Source of the DNA: Eledone cirrhosa | Lineage: Eukaryota | Length of the DNA stretch: 64,000 nt | Direction of reading: 5' to 3' | NCBI GenBank assembly: GCA_964016885.1 | Contig: OZ024753.1 | Coordinates: 38,874,001 to 38,938,000 of the forward strand | Shown: positions 13,653 through 27,967 of the stretch, one piece after another | Numbering within the stretch: position 1 is the stretch's first letter | How the letters are laid out: every line of letters starts with the position of its first letter | Notes under the pieces: model-generated | Seen by the model: the letters and a program-made list of their open reading frames with translations, nothing else | What the model was told of the DNA's origin: nothing | Database searches by the model: none | Made by a program: the position numbers and the translations under genes

Positions 13653-15184
13653 CTTTGTAAGCCTGTCGGATGTAGTGTATCTGTAACTCAAAAGGTCAAC
13701 CTTGTCACACATTGAGCTACGCTTAATATCCCTGAGAATTACGCTAATGGAACACATGATTTTGAAATAGGTACATATACATTAAGGGAGCCCTTTCTAT
13801 TGACACGTCACTGAAGTAACTAGGTCGTTGTTTACCTTGGTGTACGAAAAAGGCTGCATTGCGTTGCTACTAAGTTCAGAATACCTACAACTTCTAACAA
13901 ACTGCTAGAAATAGCAGTTAAATCTTCCTAAAACCATACAAATATTCTGGAAAACAGAAAGAAATGTAAATACGTTTGCCAAAAATGTGACTACAATAAG
14001 AAATAATAGATATAGATTATATCAGAAATCTATCCTAATATGAATTTTTTTTTGTAAAAATATAATCAATGAGTGGGGAAAAATATGGGGAAAATCTATC
14101 AAACTTAAATCCGCCATCATTTTGACCAGCTTTATCACCCCATAAAATCTATTGGTTCGCGAACAAAGCAAATAAACAAAGTTTTTGTTAGCTACATATG
14201 TAGGTTGGGGGTGTTCACATTTCTATAAATTATATACTATCACGTACAGGTCGTATGGAATCCTTTTTATGTTCTTGTGTAGACTATTTAGAAACTTTAT
14301 GGCATTATATATTGCAATGTAAAAATGATCTGATAGAAAAAAGACAAAATATTACAGGCAGTTTTCAAAAGATTACCAATGTTAAAGATACAATTCATTT
14401 TCAAATATCTACCAACCATTAATATCATTTTTTTTCTCTCATTTCATACAAGCAACTAAACATATAGGAGTAAAACAATTACATGTTTTTTTTCCTTAAT
14501 TTATTACTATGTTATTCGATATTTTTAAGCCCGTCATGGATGGTTTTCCTATACTATATATATATATACGTTTAAAAGCGGTAAAACTGCAGAGTTGTTA
14601 TAACATCAGATAGACTGCTCTTACGTTGCGATACATTTTGTATTTGTAACATACATTTTAACATTGCTATGCTTTGTATCAATGTAAATGTTGAACTACG
14701 TACGATACAATATGTTAGTAAAAAAGAAATCAACCATACAACACTCCCTCGCACCCCCCTCTCTATATCAGTGAACACTAATCTCTACCCCTCTCTATAT
14801 CTACTACACGGAACTCTCTTTCAATCTCCCTCTCTCTAGCAATTACCACCAAACTCTCCCTCTCTACATCTATATATCTCTCTCCCATCTAACTACATAA
14901 CATCTACATAAATTGTAGAGCATATACAAACATGTGTTTTGGTAGTTTGGGGAGAAAATATAATCACGAAGGTGAAGCATGGTCTCCTTGTAACAAAACA
15001 AAATCCCATCCCAGTTCCACTTATTTCTTAACTTTTGAGTGGGCAGTATTAACATGCAATAAAGTGTTTTTCAAAGGCACCGAACCAGCGACATTCGAAC
15101 TTACGATAGTACAATTGGAAAATGAACACTTCAACCCCTATTCCACGATATAGTCTTGTTATTTCCTAGTTATATATCAGAGAG

Positions 15185-15271
<87 letters not shown>

Positions 15272-15272
15272 G

Positions 15273-15370
<98 letters not shown>

Positions 15371-15390
15371 AATATATATATATATATATA

Positions 15391-15908
15391 CCAAGATTTC
15401 TTGGTGAGGAGGGTGACTTTGGACATCGTGCAGGACTAAAAACAAAACCAGTCAAAGGGCAAAGAAGCTCTTAAGAGTCAATGGCCATCCAAAATCACCG
15501 GGAGAGATGACCCCTTAGCCTTTGTCAAGGCAGAATTCTAGGAGAAGGAAAACTCTGATATAACACCTGCAACCCTGATGGTATCCAATGATGTTGACTT
15601 GTTCTTCTTTTTGGTAAATATCATCTTGGTTAAGAGAGTGGGACTGGCTTTGTGCAGTGCCTTTGCTCACTATAAAAGCTTCACGGCACAGGCATTGCTT
15701 TATATCTGGAGATCTCTCTGCACTTGTCATCACATGGCACCATGGGCCCAGCACTATGTGTCAATAATTGTCACAAGTGTAGTGTTTGTACCAGAGTTTT
15801 CAAGTCGCTGGCTGGACTAAAAAGTCACACTCGTTCAGCGTATCGGTAGGGGTTCCCCTACATGGATATAAAGTAGAGGCCGTACTCGAAAACGAGTTGG
15901 CAGCCGCC
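15391..15908 (+). mobile_element. TA-flanked insert ending in an RTE-like LINE 3' end with decayed C2H2 finger
   Basis: 15772-15849 reads [25 protein letters not shown], followed by a short 3' UTR running into (TA)n. Confidence 0.5.
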
Positions 15909-16652
<744 letters not shown>

Positions 16653-16696
16653 CGATATATATGTACACATGTGTAAATATATATAACTATGCGTTT

Positions 16697-16740
<44 letters not shown>

Positions 16741-16789
16741 TATGGAATACTGTTGGCTTTTTGCTACAATGTTTTCTATACCTTTCATT

Positions 16790-16847
<58 letters not shown>

Positions 16848-18787
16848 CATACATACATATATATATTTGTACCCACACACACCCACACGCACACACACAC
16901 ATACATATATCCTTACATATAATCTCGTGGGGAAAGTAAAATAGAAGCGTGAAGACGGAACATTGATTTTTTCTTCTCTTCCCTTCGTTTCTTTCAAACC
17001 CTCCCCCCACCTCTGCTCATTCCATTCTATTTTATAGCATTATTGTAATAGGAGAAAACATTTTTTGATAGTTGTTTTTCAGAGAACAATCTTATTTGAC
17101 GGCTCAAGCGAATCTCGGATTTATTTGCAGTTCATTCAGCTGCAATTAGAGAGGATCCGGGTCATAAATGAATGAATATATAACGATGATTAAGTGCCGA
17201 TGATTTTCATGTTAGACGCGACGTATACGTATTGAATGTCAGTATACAGACCTAAAACTCTTCGGTTCAGATTACGTTGTTCACTTTTCTATAGAACCTT
17301 TCTCTTAAAACAAAATGTCTGAAGGCTTGAAGCCGCTCCAGCATCTGTTTACTGTATCACGGGATCAGTATTTTTGAGCGAGCGGAATTCGACCGCACTC
17401 ATTAATAAATGAGATCTCTCTTTTCTGAAGTGAGAGGCCACGTTAGGTCAGCACCTTTATTTTCTTACTGTCGTTATGGCGTTCTGGATATTCTCCTTGT
17501 TGTAGTTATTATTATCTTTAATGTTTTATATTGTCAATAGTTGTTTTGGTTTTTTGTTGATGTTGTTACTGTTGTCGTCGTTGTTGTTATTATTATTATT
17601 ATTATTATTATTTCTGTTTGCAAATACAAGATGGCAGTTCATCCCATATCTGACATTCCAATCTAACTTTTATATTCCATAACTGTATTCTTAATCTCAT
17701 GTCTGGATTTTATTCTCTATCCCTTTGCCTTCAATTATCGTCTGCTCTACCAATGACATCTTTCTCGTTATTCTTTATCGGATTTGTTCCGTTGGATAAA
17801 TTTGTCATATGGTACCAAAAAGGGAAGCCATTTATGGATATCCTTTTTATTGAAGGATGAGGGTGGACTAGAAAAATGTTATAATTATTCTAAATCTCAA
17901 TAAAGTTCAAATTGTTTTCTAATTATTCAAATATTAAGTGAGTAGATAACATTCCACTACTGTAAAAACACTTCATTATAAACAACACATTAATATAAGT
18001 CTCATAAACCTTTGAGTCGTATGGACGCCATTTCAAAACCCCATTTTCCTGTTGTGTATCTGCTTTCTAAACAATGATATAGTACCTATCATGTGTTCTA
18101 TGTCTAGATCTGTCGAAGAAAATATTTTTGGATTAACCGAAAGTAACTACGTATTCATTTTAGTTCAATAGATCTTTACCGTTAATGTAATTGTATAAAG
18201 AAAGTTATTGATACTGACAATAATAAATAACATGCCATAACAATCGTGCGTGTGTTTAGTAAACAACAAATATGACTCTCCTGAAATCAAATCTCTTACC
18301 AAGCACATAAAAGTGTTAAAGAGTATCGCAAGTCCTGAAAATATTAATTTATCTTCTCTAATCACGTAACAATATTTCGACAACTCTTTAACGACCCAGT
18401 GATGTAGCTACAACACTGTAAATCTGAAAGAGTTTTGAATGTTCAACTCATATTTGATTCGCTCACTCGCTCTCATCAATAGACAATATCCCAGATCTCA
18501 TTCACTTGCCGAGTGGGGTGGACCCCGTCAAATCGGACCAAGGAAACAATGTTTCCATTAGTTTTTTCCATTAATGATACTACCTACCGGTCGCAACTCC
18601 TGGTATATTTTATGAAGGAGTTATTCATTTCATTCAAAATACTGATAGGAAGATCCCTCATAGAGAAACTTATATTATCTAAAGGTGAAACTCCAGAGTA
18701 ACAAGGCTCACTATTTAGCAATCATATATGATTGTGTAATCTCTACTTCGGAAAGCACCGATTCTTTGCTTAAACCATAATCTGTTA

Positions 18788-18820
<33 letters not shown>

Positions 18821-18823
<3 letters not shown>

Positions 18824-19009
18824 AACAAGTAAGACCCCGACGGCTGAGCTCAAGCCGTTTAAACGGCTAATTCTGGCAGAATTAGCCGTCGAAACGGCTT
18901 GAGCTCAGCCGTCGGGGTCTTACTTGTTCCTATTACCCACTCTACTACCCTAAGTATTGAGTACTTTAGTGCGTTATGGTCCACCTGGTTCCTTACCACA
19001 TTTCCTTCG

Positions 19010-19011
<2 letters not shown>
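18821..19011 (+). mobile_element. (TA)n-embedded palindromic element containing the 3' half of a hammerhead
   Basis: About 112-bp palindrome 18821-18932 plus a unique tail. GAAA-CGGCT(TGAGCTC)AGCCG-T-C matches stem III and a GUC site. Near-identical to 38247-38441. Confidence 0.65.
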
Positions 19012-19068
<57 letters not shown>

Positions 19069-19247
19069 TTATATAGATGTGTGTGTGTGTGTACTTCGGT
19101 ATTTGTCGCTATTTTTTGTCAGATTTGTGCAACTCTCAGCAATTAAATTATTTCTAGTGCTATTGATTGTTGATGAGGCCATTCCCGATTTATCGACGGG
19201 GGTGGCATTTCGAAGACGATGATTGCGATATATCCATATCATCTATA

Positions 19248-19300
<53 letters not shown>

Positions 19301-19542
19301 GTGTGTGTGTGCATATATATATATAAGTATGAGTGTGTCTTTGCATGTACGTGTGCGCGTGTCTATGCGTACATCCATATATGGTTGCATGTCTGTAGGT
19401 ATAGTGAAAGAAAAAACATGAGAAAGTGGGACGAATTCTCCTGTGTAATATTACTGTGAAGCATGTGTTCTGATATTACAGACAGTGCACCGAAATAAAT
19501 CAGATTGTCATATTTTATATGAAGCCAAGGGAAATATATAGT

Positions 19543-19575
<33 letters not shown>

Positions 19576-19647
19576 CATATATATACACGTATATGTGTAC
19601 ATATACACGTATATGTATACATATATATTCATATGTATCTATGTATG

Positions 19648-19679
<32 letters not shown>

Positions 19680-19741
19680 TATACACGTATATGTGTACAT
19701 ATACACGTATATGTATACATATATATTCATATGTATATATG

Positions 19742-19864
<123 letters not shown>

Positions 19865-20028
19865 TCATATATATTTATATATTTATAAATATAAATATAT
19901 ACATATATATATATATACATATATATTTATATATTTATATATTTATAAATATAAATATATATATGAATATATATATATATATATATACATATATATTTAT
20001 ATATTTATAAATATAAATATATATATGA

Positions 20029-20059
<31 letters not shown>

Positions 20060-20681
20060 TATTTATATATATATACATATACATATATATATATATACTA
20101 TATATATATATATATATATACACATATATATATATACTATATATATATATATATATATATATCGAAGAGAGAGACACACAAGTGTGAAAGAAAAAAGAAC
20201 TGAAGAAGAAAAAAAAATATAAACGGTAGACTTCCAAAATATTCATTTACTGTCCAAAGCAATATACATGTGATATATAATTCGGTGACAGTATTCTAGA
20301 AATAAGAATTAAATAAGGTTTAATGTGTGCATATACCACAGTAAATATTTTCTTAATATTAAATTGAACCGTACAGTTTATTGCTTAGTAAATCTTATTC
20401 AATTATTTATAACCTTAAGGCGTTATTTTTGTTGTGAAGTTTAAAGACGGACGTAAACAAGGGAAGTAAACATGATGGAAGTAGGGGGAGAGAATGAAGG
20501 GAAAAAATGGTAAGTGAAATAAAAATGAATAAAGGTATACATCAATAAATACAATAAATATATAAATTAGGTTGAACAAAAACAAATATTTCTACTTCCT
20601 GAATATGGAATATGACACATAAAATATGGAAATATAATAATGATGGCTGGCTGGGGAAGATTAAGTTTTTTACTCATTATA

Positions 20682-20747
<66 letters not shown>

Positions 20748-20836
20748 GCAACACAACCATATGTATGAGTGTGTGTGAATTTGCGTGTCATGATATCAGT
20801 ATGTATATCTATATATCTATAACTCTCTCTCTCCCC

Positions 20837-20919
<83 letters not shown>

Positions 20920-20920
20920 A

Positions 20921-20980
20921 TATAGAAATGGCTTCTATAGAACTAGAACTGTTTCATTCAGCAGAAATCATCAGGGCTTC
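20921..20980 (-). ncRNA. Truncated hammerhead motif (35461/55754 family)
   Basis: CTGATGA-TTTC TGCT GAAT-GAAA-CAGTTCTAGTTCTATA-GAAGCC. Core intact but the 5' strand of stem I is missing. Abuts (TA)n. Confidence 0.5.
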
Positions 20981-21066
20981 CAATTTCCGTAACGTAAATT
21001 TTAGACTTGACCAGGTTACTATGTAGCCTATAATAAGAGAAAAAAAAAATTGGAATATAGATCAGA

Positions 21067-21109
<43 letters not shown>

Positions 21110-21110
<1 letters not shown>

Positions 21111-21182
21111 TTATTAAAATAACAGATTAAAGTTTAAGCAAAGAATCGCTGCTTTCATCCTTAACGGGATCTTCTGAAACTG
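21110..21182 (-). mobile_element. (TA)n-abutting tail family GAAAGCAGCGATTCTTTGCTTAAAC
   Basis: Also at 18750-18795 (+) and 55980-56030 (+). All three end in AATCTGTTATTTTAATA-(TA)n. Confidence 0.5.
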
Positions 21183-21511
21183 AAAAAAATCAATCTGTGA
21201 ACGCAGAAGTAAATATTTATACTTATCGAACCCTCTTTGGATTTTAGTCTTCAAATTTATTATTATTACTATATATATATAGCTAGATCCGAACGGATCT
21301 AGCTGTCGAAGCGGCTGGAGCTTATTGGGCGGGGTGCTGACTCTTTACCTATGTATATATATATAAGAATTAAAATACTAGAGTGTGTTGGAGTTAAACA
21401 CCCTCTTCGTATTATAGAAATGACAGTAAAAGGTATAGCTCAATGTAATTAAACAGAGCCGAAGAATTATGAAAATAAACCGAAGAAGCCTTCAATACAT
21501 CAAATGTCTTT

Positions 21512-21556
21512 ATTAGCCAACAATGTTTCGTCCTATTAAGGACTCATCAGGGCAAT
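21512..21556 (-). ncRNA. Minimal type I hammerhead ribozyme
   Basis: Minus strand ATTGCC-CTGATGA-GTCCT(TAAT)AGGAC-GAAA-C ATT G-T-T-GGCTAAT: canonical core, 5-bp stem II with G10.1-C11.1, GUU site, stem I GCC/GGC, then AATAAA. Confidence 0.8.
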
Positions 21557-21659
21557 TAAAGTTATAAGAAGCACTATCGGCCAATACAAGCCAAAAACTA
21601 TATATATATATATAAATGAAAATATAGAAATTAATGTCAGCAAGAAGCCAACAGTATTA

Positions 21660-21827
21660 GGATTGGCAGTATCGGTAGAGGGTCGGACGCCATGCTTTCC
21701 AGCATAGTTACGATCTGAGTTCAAATCCCGCCGAGGTTGACTTTGCCTTTCATCCTTACGGGGTAGATAAAATAAAGTACCAGTAATGCACTGGGTAATT
21801 GCTGGCCTTGTGCCTAAAGTAGAAACT
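21660..21827 (+). mobile_element. SINE A
   Basis: Near-consensus copy with a short internal deletion. Confidence 0.85.
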
Positions 21828-21859
21828 ATAATATATAATATATATATATATATATATAT

Positions 21860-22137
21860 TTGTCGTTTTTTCCTCAATCGTACTCCGATTCTCTTATCCA
21901 TCCCCTTCCACCCTTGTAACGTCCTATTCCTCTGGTGCTCTTGTGGCAAATAAATGGAATCTTCTTCCTCATCATTTTCATCATCATCATTATCGTCATC
22001 CTCACCATTGCTATCATTATCAGTATTGTTATTATTTTTAATAACATTACTACTTGTTTTTTGTTCTCCCTTTAACAAACAGTCTGTCAGTGTTGTCTGA
22101 TTTTTGACGTCCAACATGAATTTGATATCAGTATTTG
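21860..22137 (-). other. Possible exon with acidic low-complexity tract (unverified)
   Basis: Open frame ..MLDVKNQTT..GEDDDNDDDENDEEED..RLRKKRQ after a CTTACTCAG acceptor-like site. It runs into (TA)n with no clear donor. Confidence 0.15.
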
Positions 22138-22247
22138 AACTGAGTAAGATATGACCGATGATTTACTATCAGAAGACCGTATATCCTTAACTGTCAGGAC
22201 TGGAAACCAAGCAGGACGGACCTTCACGCTTTTCATCCCAACTCCTG

Positions 22248-22382
<135 letters not shown>

Positions 22383-22420
22383 ATATATATGTATATATAT
22401 ATATATATATATGTATATAT

Positions 22421-22513
<93 letters not shown>

Positions 22514-22524
22514 TATAATATATA

Positions 22525-22555
<31 letters not shown>

Positions 22556-22570
22556 CTATATATATATATA

Positions 22571-22637
<67 letters not shown>

Positions 22638-23029
22638 GTATATACTTCCACACGGACACGCATTTTCTCTCACTGACGCACGCGCACTCTCCACCTCTCT
22701 TTCTCGAAGACACACACAGACACACGTTTCCATATCTCTCTCTCTCTCTCTCTCACTCTCACACATACACACACACTCTCTCTCTGTTCATTTCTTTCAC
22801 GCCAATTCTGTTCTAATCGACATTGCTGACCGACCGACCGATATATAAGACAGACAGACAGTCAGATAAAACTGACCATTGACCGGCCAACTGACCTACC
22901 GGGAAGTGCGATGGAAGTGGGGCTGGAAGTTGGGTTGGGGGTTGCTTGGGGGGATGTGTGAATGTAACTAGGACCCCCCCCCCCCCCTCAAAAAAAAATA
23001 CCAAACAAATTTAAACCGAACATAATAAA

Positions 23030-23507
23030 TATATAAATTCATAAATATATAAATATATATAACTATATATATAACTATATATATATAAATATATATAACT
23101 ATATATATATATATAAATATATATAACTATATATATATATAAATATGTATAACTATATATATATATAAATATATATAACTATATATATATAAATATATAT
23201 AACTATATATATATATATATAACTATATATATATAAATATATATAACTATATATATATAAATATATATAACTATATATATAAATATATAAATATATATAA
23301 CTATATATATATAATTATAAATATATATAACTATATATATATAAATATATATAACTATATATATAAATATATAAATATATATAACTATATATATATAAAT
23401 ATATATAACTATATATATATATATAAATATATATAACTATAAATATATAAATATATATAACTATATATATACAAATATATATAACTATAAATATATAAAT
23501 ATATATG
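23030..23507. repeat. (TA)n-derived minisatellite with ATATAACT units
   Basis: Repeating TAAATATATATAACTATATA motif. Confidence 0.85.
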
Positions 23508-23902
23508 ACAATATGAAGGCTGAAAAATATCCCCCATCCCCCCACCTCTCCTCCTATCTGTCTGCATACGTCCTCATTGCTTACTTCCTTCCGTTCTTCC
23601 CTCCTTCCATAGTCTTTCTAGCTAGCTATCAACCGCCGCTCATTACAACAAACTGACCGTCCTAATTATTATGATGAATCATTGAACGGAAGGATGGCAG
23701 TTAACGTGTCCATTTTGAACGGGGGGAGTAATGATTGACGTATTCAAGTCGAGACTGTAGAAAAAGGTCTATTTAGACGCTTGCTCTGAACAGCTTCTTT
23801 CACGTGATTCTACCAAGCTTGTCAACGTTTCAAGTACTGTGTCGACTTGTTGTGGTATAATGTTGCAGCAGCTGTTGTTGTTATTGTTGTTGTTGTTGTC
23901 AT

Positions 23903-23933
<31 letters not shown>

Positions 23934-24340
23934 TCTCTTGTTGTTATTGTTGTTGGTGTTTTTTGTTATTGTTTGTGACATGAGAAGAACCTCACTAACA
24001 TCCAGCCCAATCCTCTTGTATCACCTCACACTATATGGCCCCCACCTCACTCAAAATTTGGGGGTTTCTTTTTCATGTTATTCTTTTAATGGTTTCAGGC
24101 TTTGGACTACGGCCAGGCTGGGGCCCCCTATGATTACTTTGTTATATATTGATTATTGTTTTTAATTCTTTTATTCTGTTACTACTTTCACTCATTTGAC
24201 TACGGCCATGATGGGGCAATGCATTGTTTGTTAGCTTGTGGGTCTATATTTTAATTTTGTAAATACTTTTACAGATTTTCGTCATGCGTATACGGCCATG
24301 CTGGGGCATGTTCTCTCTGTGCCACTATTATTGTTGTTGT

Positions 24341-24497
24341 TTGGCAGTATCGGTAGAGGGTCGAACGCCATGCTTTGCAGCATAGAGTTACGTCCCTTTA
24401 CGTTCTGAGTTCAAATACCGCCGAGGTTAACTTTGTCTTTCATCCTTACGAATTCGATAAAATAAAGTACCAGTAAGGCACTGGAGTCGATTTAATG
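24341..24497 (+). mobile_element. SINE A
   Basis: Homology to family A head and body. Confidence 0.8.
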
Positions 24498-24980
24498 AAT
24501 GGTGTCCTGTACCGTCTTTAATGTTTTCTTAATGTAAGCCCTCTGTGGTTAATAAAAAAATCACTATTATTATTATTATTATTATTCGGTAGAAAAAGAT
24601 CGATTTTCTTATACTGCATATCTACCAATATCACATCTTTTATCCCCCACCATTAATTCTTTAAAAATCTTCACGCCTGCCATAAAAAGAAGTCCCCGCC
24701 TCCCCAGTCTCTGCTACCTTCACAAAATGTAGAAATATAAACACGAAAAACAAAATATATTTAAGTACAAAAATGTTCTTTTTATATATTTTACTTAGAA
24801 ATTGGTTAATAAAAGTGCCCCCCAAAGTACCAAAGAATATTGTCTTTGAACATTCTGCCATGTTCGTTTCGTTCCATATACCATTATTTTATTCTTTGAT
24901 TAGTATTTCTTCTTTTAGGCATTTATGAAATACGAATTCTTATCTGACCCTCGTTAAAAAAATATCATTCTTTGTTTTTG

Positions 24981-25175
<195 letters not shown>

Positions 25176-26089
25176 GTTTATTAAATTCTTCCTATTGTTC
25201 TTCACGGTTTACATCGTTTGTTTCATCTTCATCATCATCATCATCATCATAATCAGCGACATCATCATCATCATCATCATCATCATAATCAGCGACATCA
25301 TCATCATCGTCATCATTGGAGGCACAAGAACACCTGAAAATTTATATCTTCTTCTTCTTCTTCTTCTTCTTCTTCTTCTTCTTCTTCTTCTTCTTCTTCT
25401 TCTTCTTCTTCTTCTTCTTCTTCTTCTTCTTCTTCTTCTTCTTCAACGTAGTTTAAAGTTCCTCCAACTCGGGTGTATGACAATCAAATGTGCGTGTGTT
25501 AAATAACAAAAACACCAAACACAGTGATACACATACAAACACACAACAAACAAACAAACCTACAAACACACAAACAAACAAACAAACCTACAAACACACA
25601 AACAAACAAACAAACACCAACAATACCGTAAACAACTACGTTCTCAGTGATGAAATATTGTTCCTAACACACACATTAAAAATACGTTCATAGAAGTATA
25701 GAACAAAAATATGAAAAATAAAACAAAACCTCTTATCAATGAATATAAACAATAGAATTAAGTTATCTAAATTATCCATTTTCAACAGAGATTAAGCAAT
25801 AACCACATACACTTAATGCTTTCAGCCAAGCAAGTGTTTTCCTTCAATCTTGCTTGGCTTCCTTAAGAAAATGAAAACTTTTAGAAGCCATTAACGTTTT
25901 GTCTATTGAATAAGGTGGTATAAGCCGCCATTCTGTATAATGTTGTATTATATACAGAACAGCTACGATAGAAGAAAGAACGCATTCAATGTTAGTGAAT
26001 GCGGCATAAAATGTTTGAATTTTGAAATACGAAAATATATTTATCAAGCAGTGTATGTATGTATGTATGTATGTATGTATGTATGTATG

Positions 26090-26120
<31 letters not shown>

Positions 26121-26166
26121 GTATAATCTCTCTCGCTCTCTCTCTCTCTATATATATATATATGTG

Positions 26167-26257
<91 letters not shown>

Positions 26258-26332
26258 TATATATATGTGCGTGTTATATATATATATATATATATAGTGA
26301 ATTTTGAAATATGAAAATATATGTACCAAGCA

Positions 26333-26420
<88 letters not shown>

Positions 26421-26539
26421 AAGTGTGTGTGTGTGTGTGGCTTTGCTGCGAGCGTGTATGTGTGGTCTGCGTCCAAGTTCAGGAGCATGGCCGTAATATA
26501 ATGACTGAAACAAGAGTAAAAATGTACAAGTGAATAAAA

Positions 26540-26633
26540 TAATTGTTTCTACTTTAGGCACAAGGCCAGCAATTTCCCAGTACTTTATTTTATCGACCCC
26601 GTAAGGATGAAAGGCAAAGACAACCTCGGCGGA
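26540..26633 (-). mobile_element. SINE A 3' fragment
   Basis: Tail and body homology. Confidence 0.75.
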
Positions 26634-27038
26634 TAAAATAATATATGTACGATTGTTTGCAGTTGGCAGGATATTTGTGAAGCATGTCGTATGACTCAGT
26701 CATGTATCTCAGTTATATACAGATCTATCGAAAATATGATAGCAAAAAAATCAATAAAATATGCAAATTTAAATCACTTATAGATAATTTCTTTCAAAAT
26801 ACTAAAGATTTTTCCAATTTCAAATATTTCTGACTGAACATAATTATGTTATAGTAGTTTGTATATCTGTTTGCTTAAAGTTTCCTGGTTAAGACAGAAA
26901 CTCGTCCTGAAAGGCATTCGTGAAGTATTTTAAAAAACGCCATTATTGTGTTCTAATACATAGTGAAATATATGAACTGTGTGTACACACATAACATACA
27001 CTGACATGGGCAACTATACATACACACACACACACATA

Positions 27039-27101
<63 letters not shown>

Positions 27102-27109
<8 letters not shown>

Positions 27110-27372
27110 ATGCTTTGGGAGGGTCATGTTGCCCATAAGAAACACACGCACCAGTTGCTTTCACTCCAATTTATTATAAATTAAATTTATAAATTTAAGA
27201 ATTTATAAATTTCCGGTTGGTTGGTTCCATAACCGGACGGTTGTTCATATATTGAAAGCAACTGGTGCGTGTGTTTCTTATTGGCAATATGACCCTCCTA
27301 AAGCATAACAATATCGGTTTCAACACACGTTTTCAGATAAAGAATCTTGCTAAACAAATTCAGAAACGATAT
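27102..27372. mobile_element. (TA)n-embedded fold-back element with about 62-bp imperfect inverted arms
   Basis: 27102-27163 is inverted at 27253-27314 with several mismatches. AT-rich spacer and a one-sided tail. Confidence 0.55.
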
Positions 27373-27391
27373 ATTTATATATATATACATA

Positions 27392-27465
<74 letters not shown>

Positions 27466-27485
27466 TGTATATATATACACGTATA

Positions 27486-27566
<81 letters not shown>

Positions 27567-27601
27567 GTATACAGATATAAAAGTGTATATAGAAATATGA
27601 A

Positions 27602-27649
<48 letters not shown>

Positions 27650-27967
27650 CATACATACATATATACATATATACATATATATATACATATATATAAATAT
27701 ATATTGTTATACTTGGGGAGGTTCGTATTGTTGTAATAATTTTGCCATCTGAAAAGATGACGTAGACATACAATACAACAGGAGGAAACATAATAACACC
27801 ACTGACGATGTTGCAGATGTGCAACGAACGAACTTTGTTAGACTATATATATGTGTTTGTGTCTATATTATATCTGTATTTTTGACCGTTGGTAAGTCAA
27901 TGGTAAACATTGAAAACCGAATAAATTCACTGATATAAAAGATACAGATACATATGATTAAATATAT

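Noticed and set aside
19165-19225. TTGATGAG-GCCATTCCC..GGGGGTGGC hairpin resembling hammerhead stem II
   Set aside because: Both core boxes deviate (TTGATGA, GAAG) and stems I and III are not evident.
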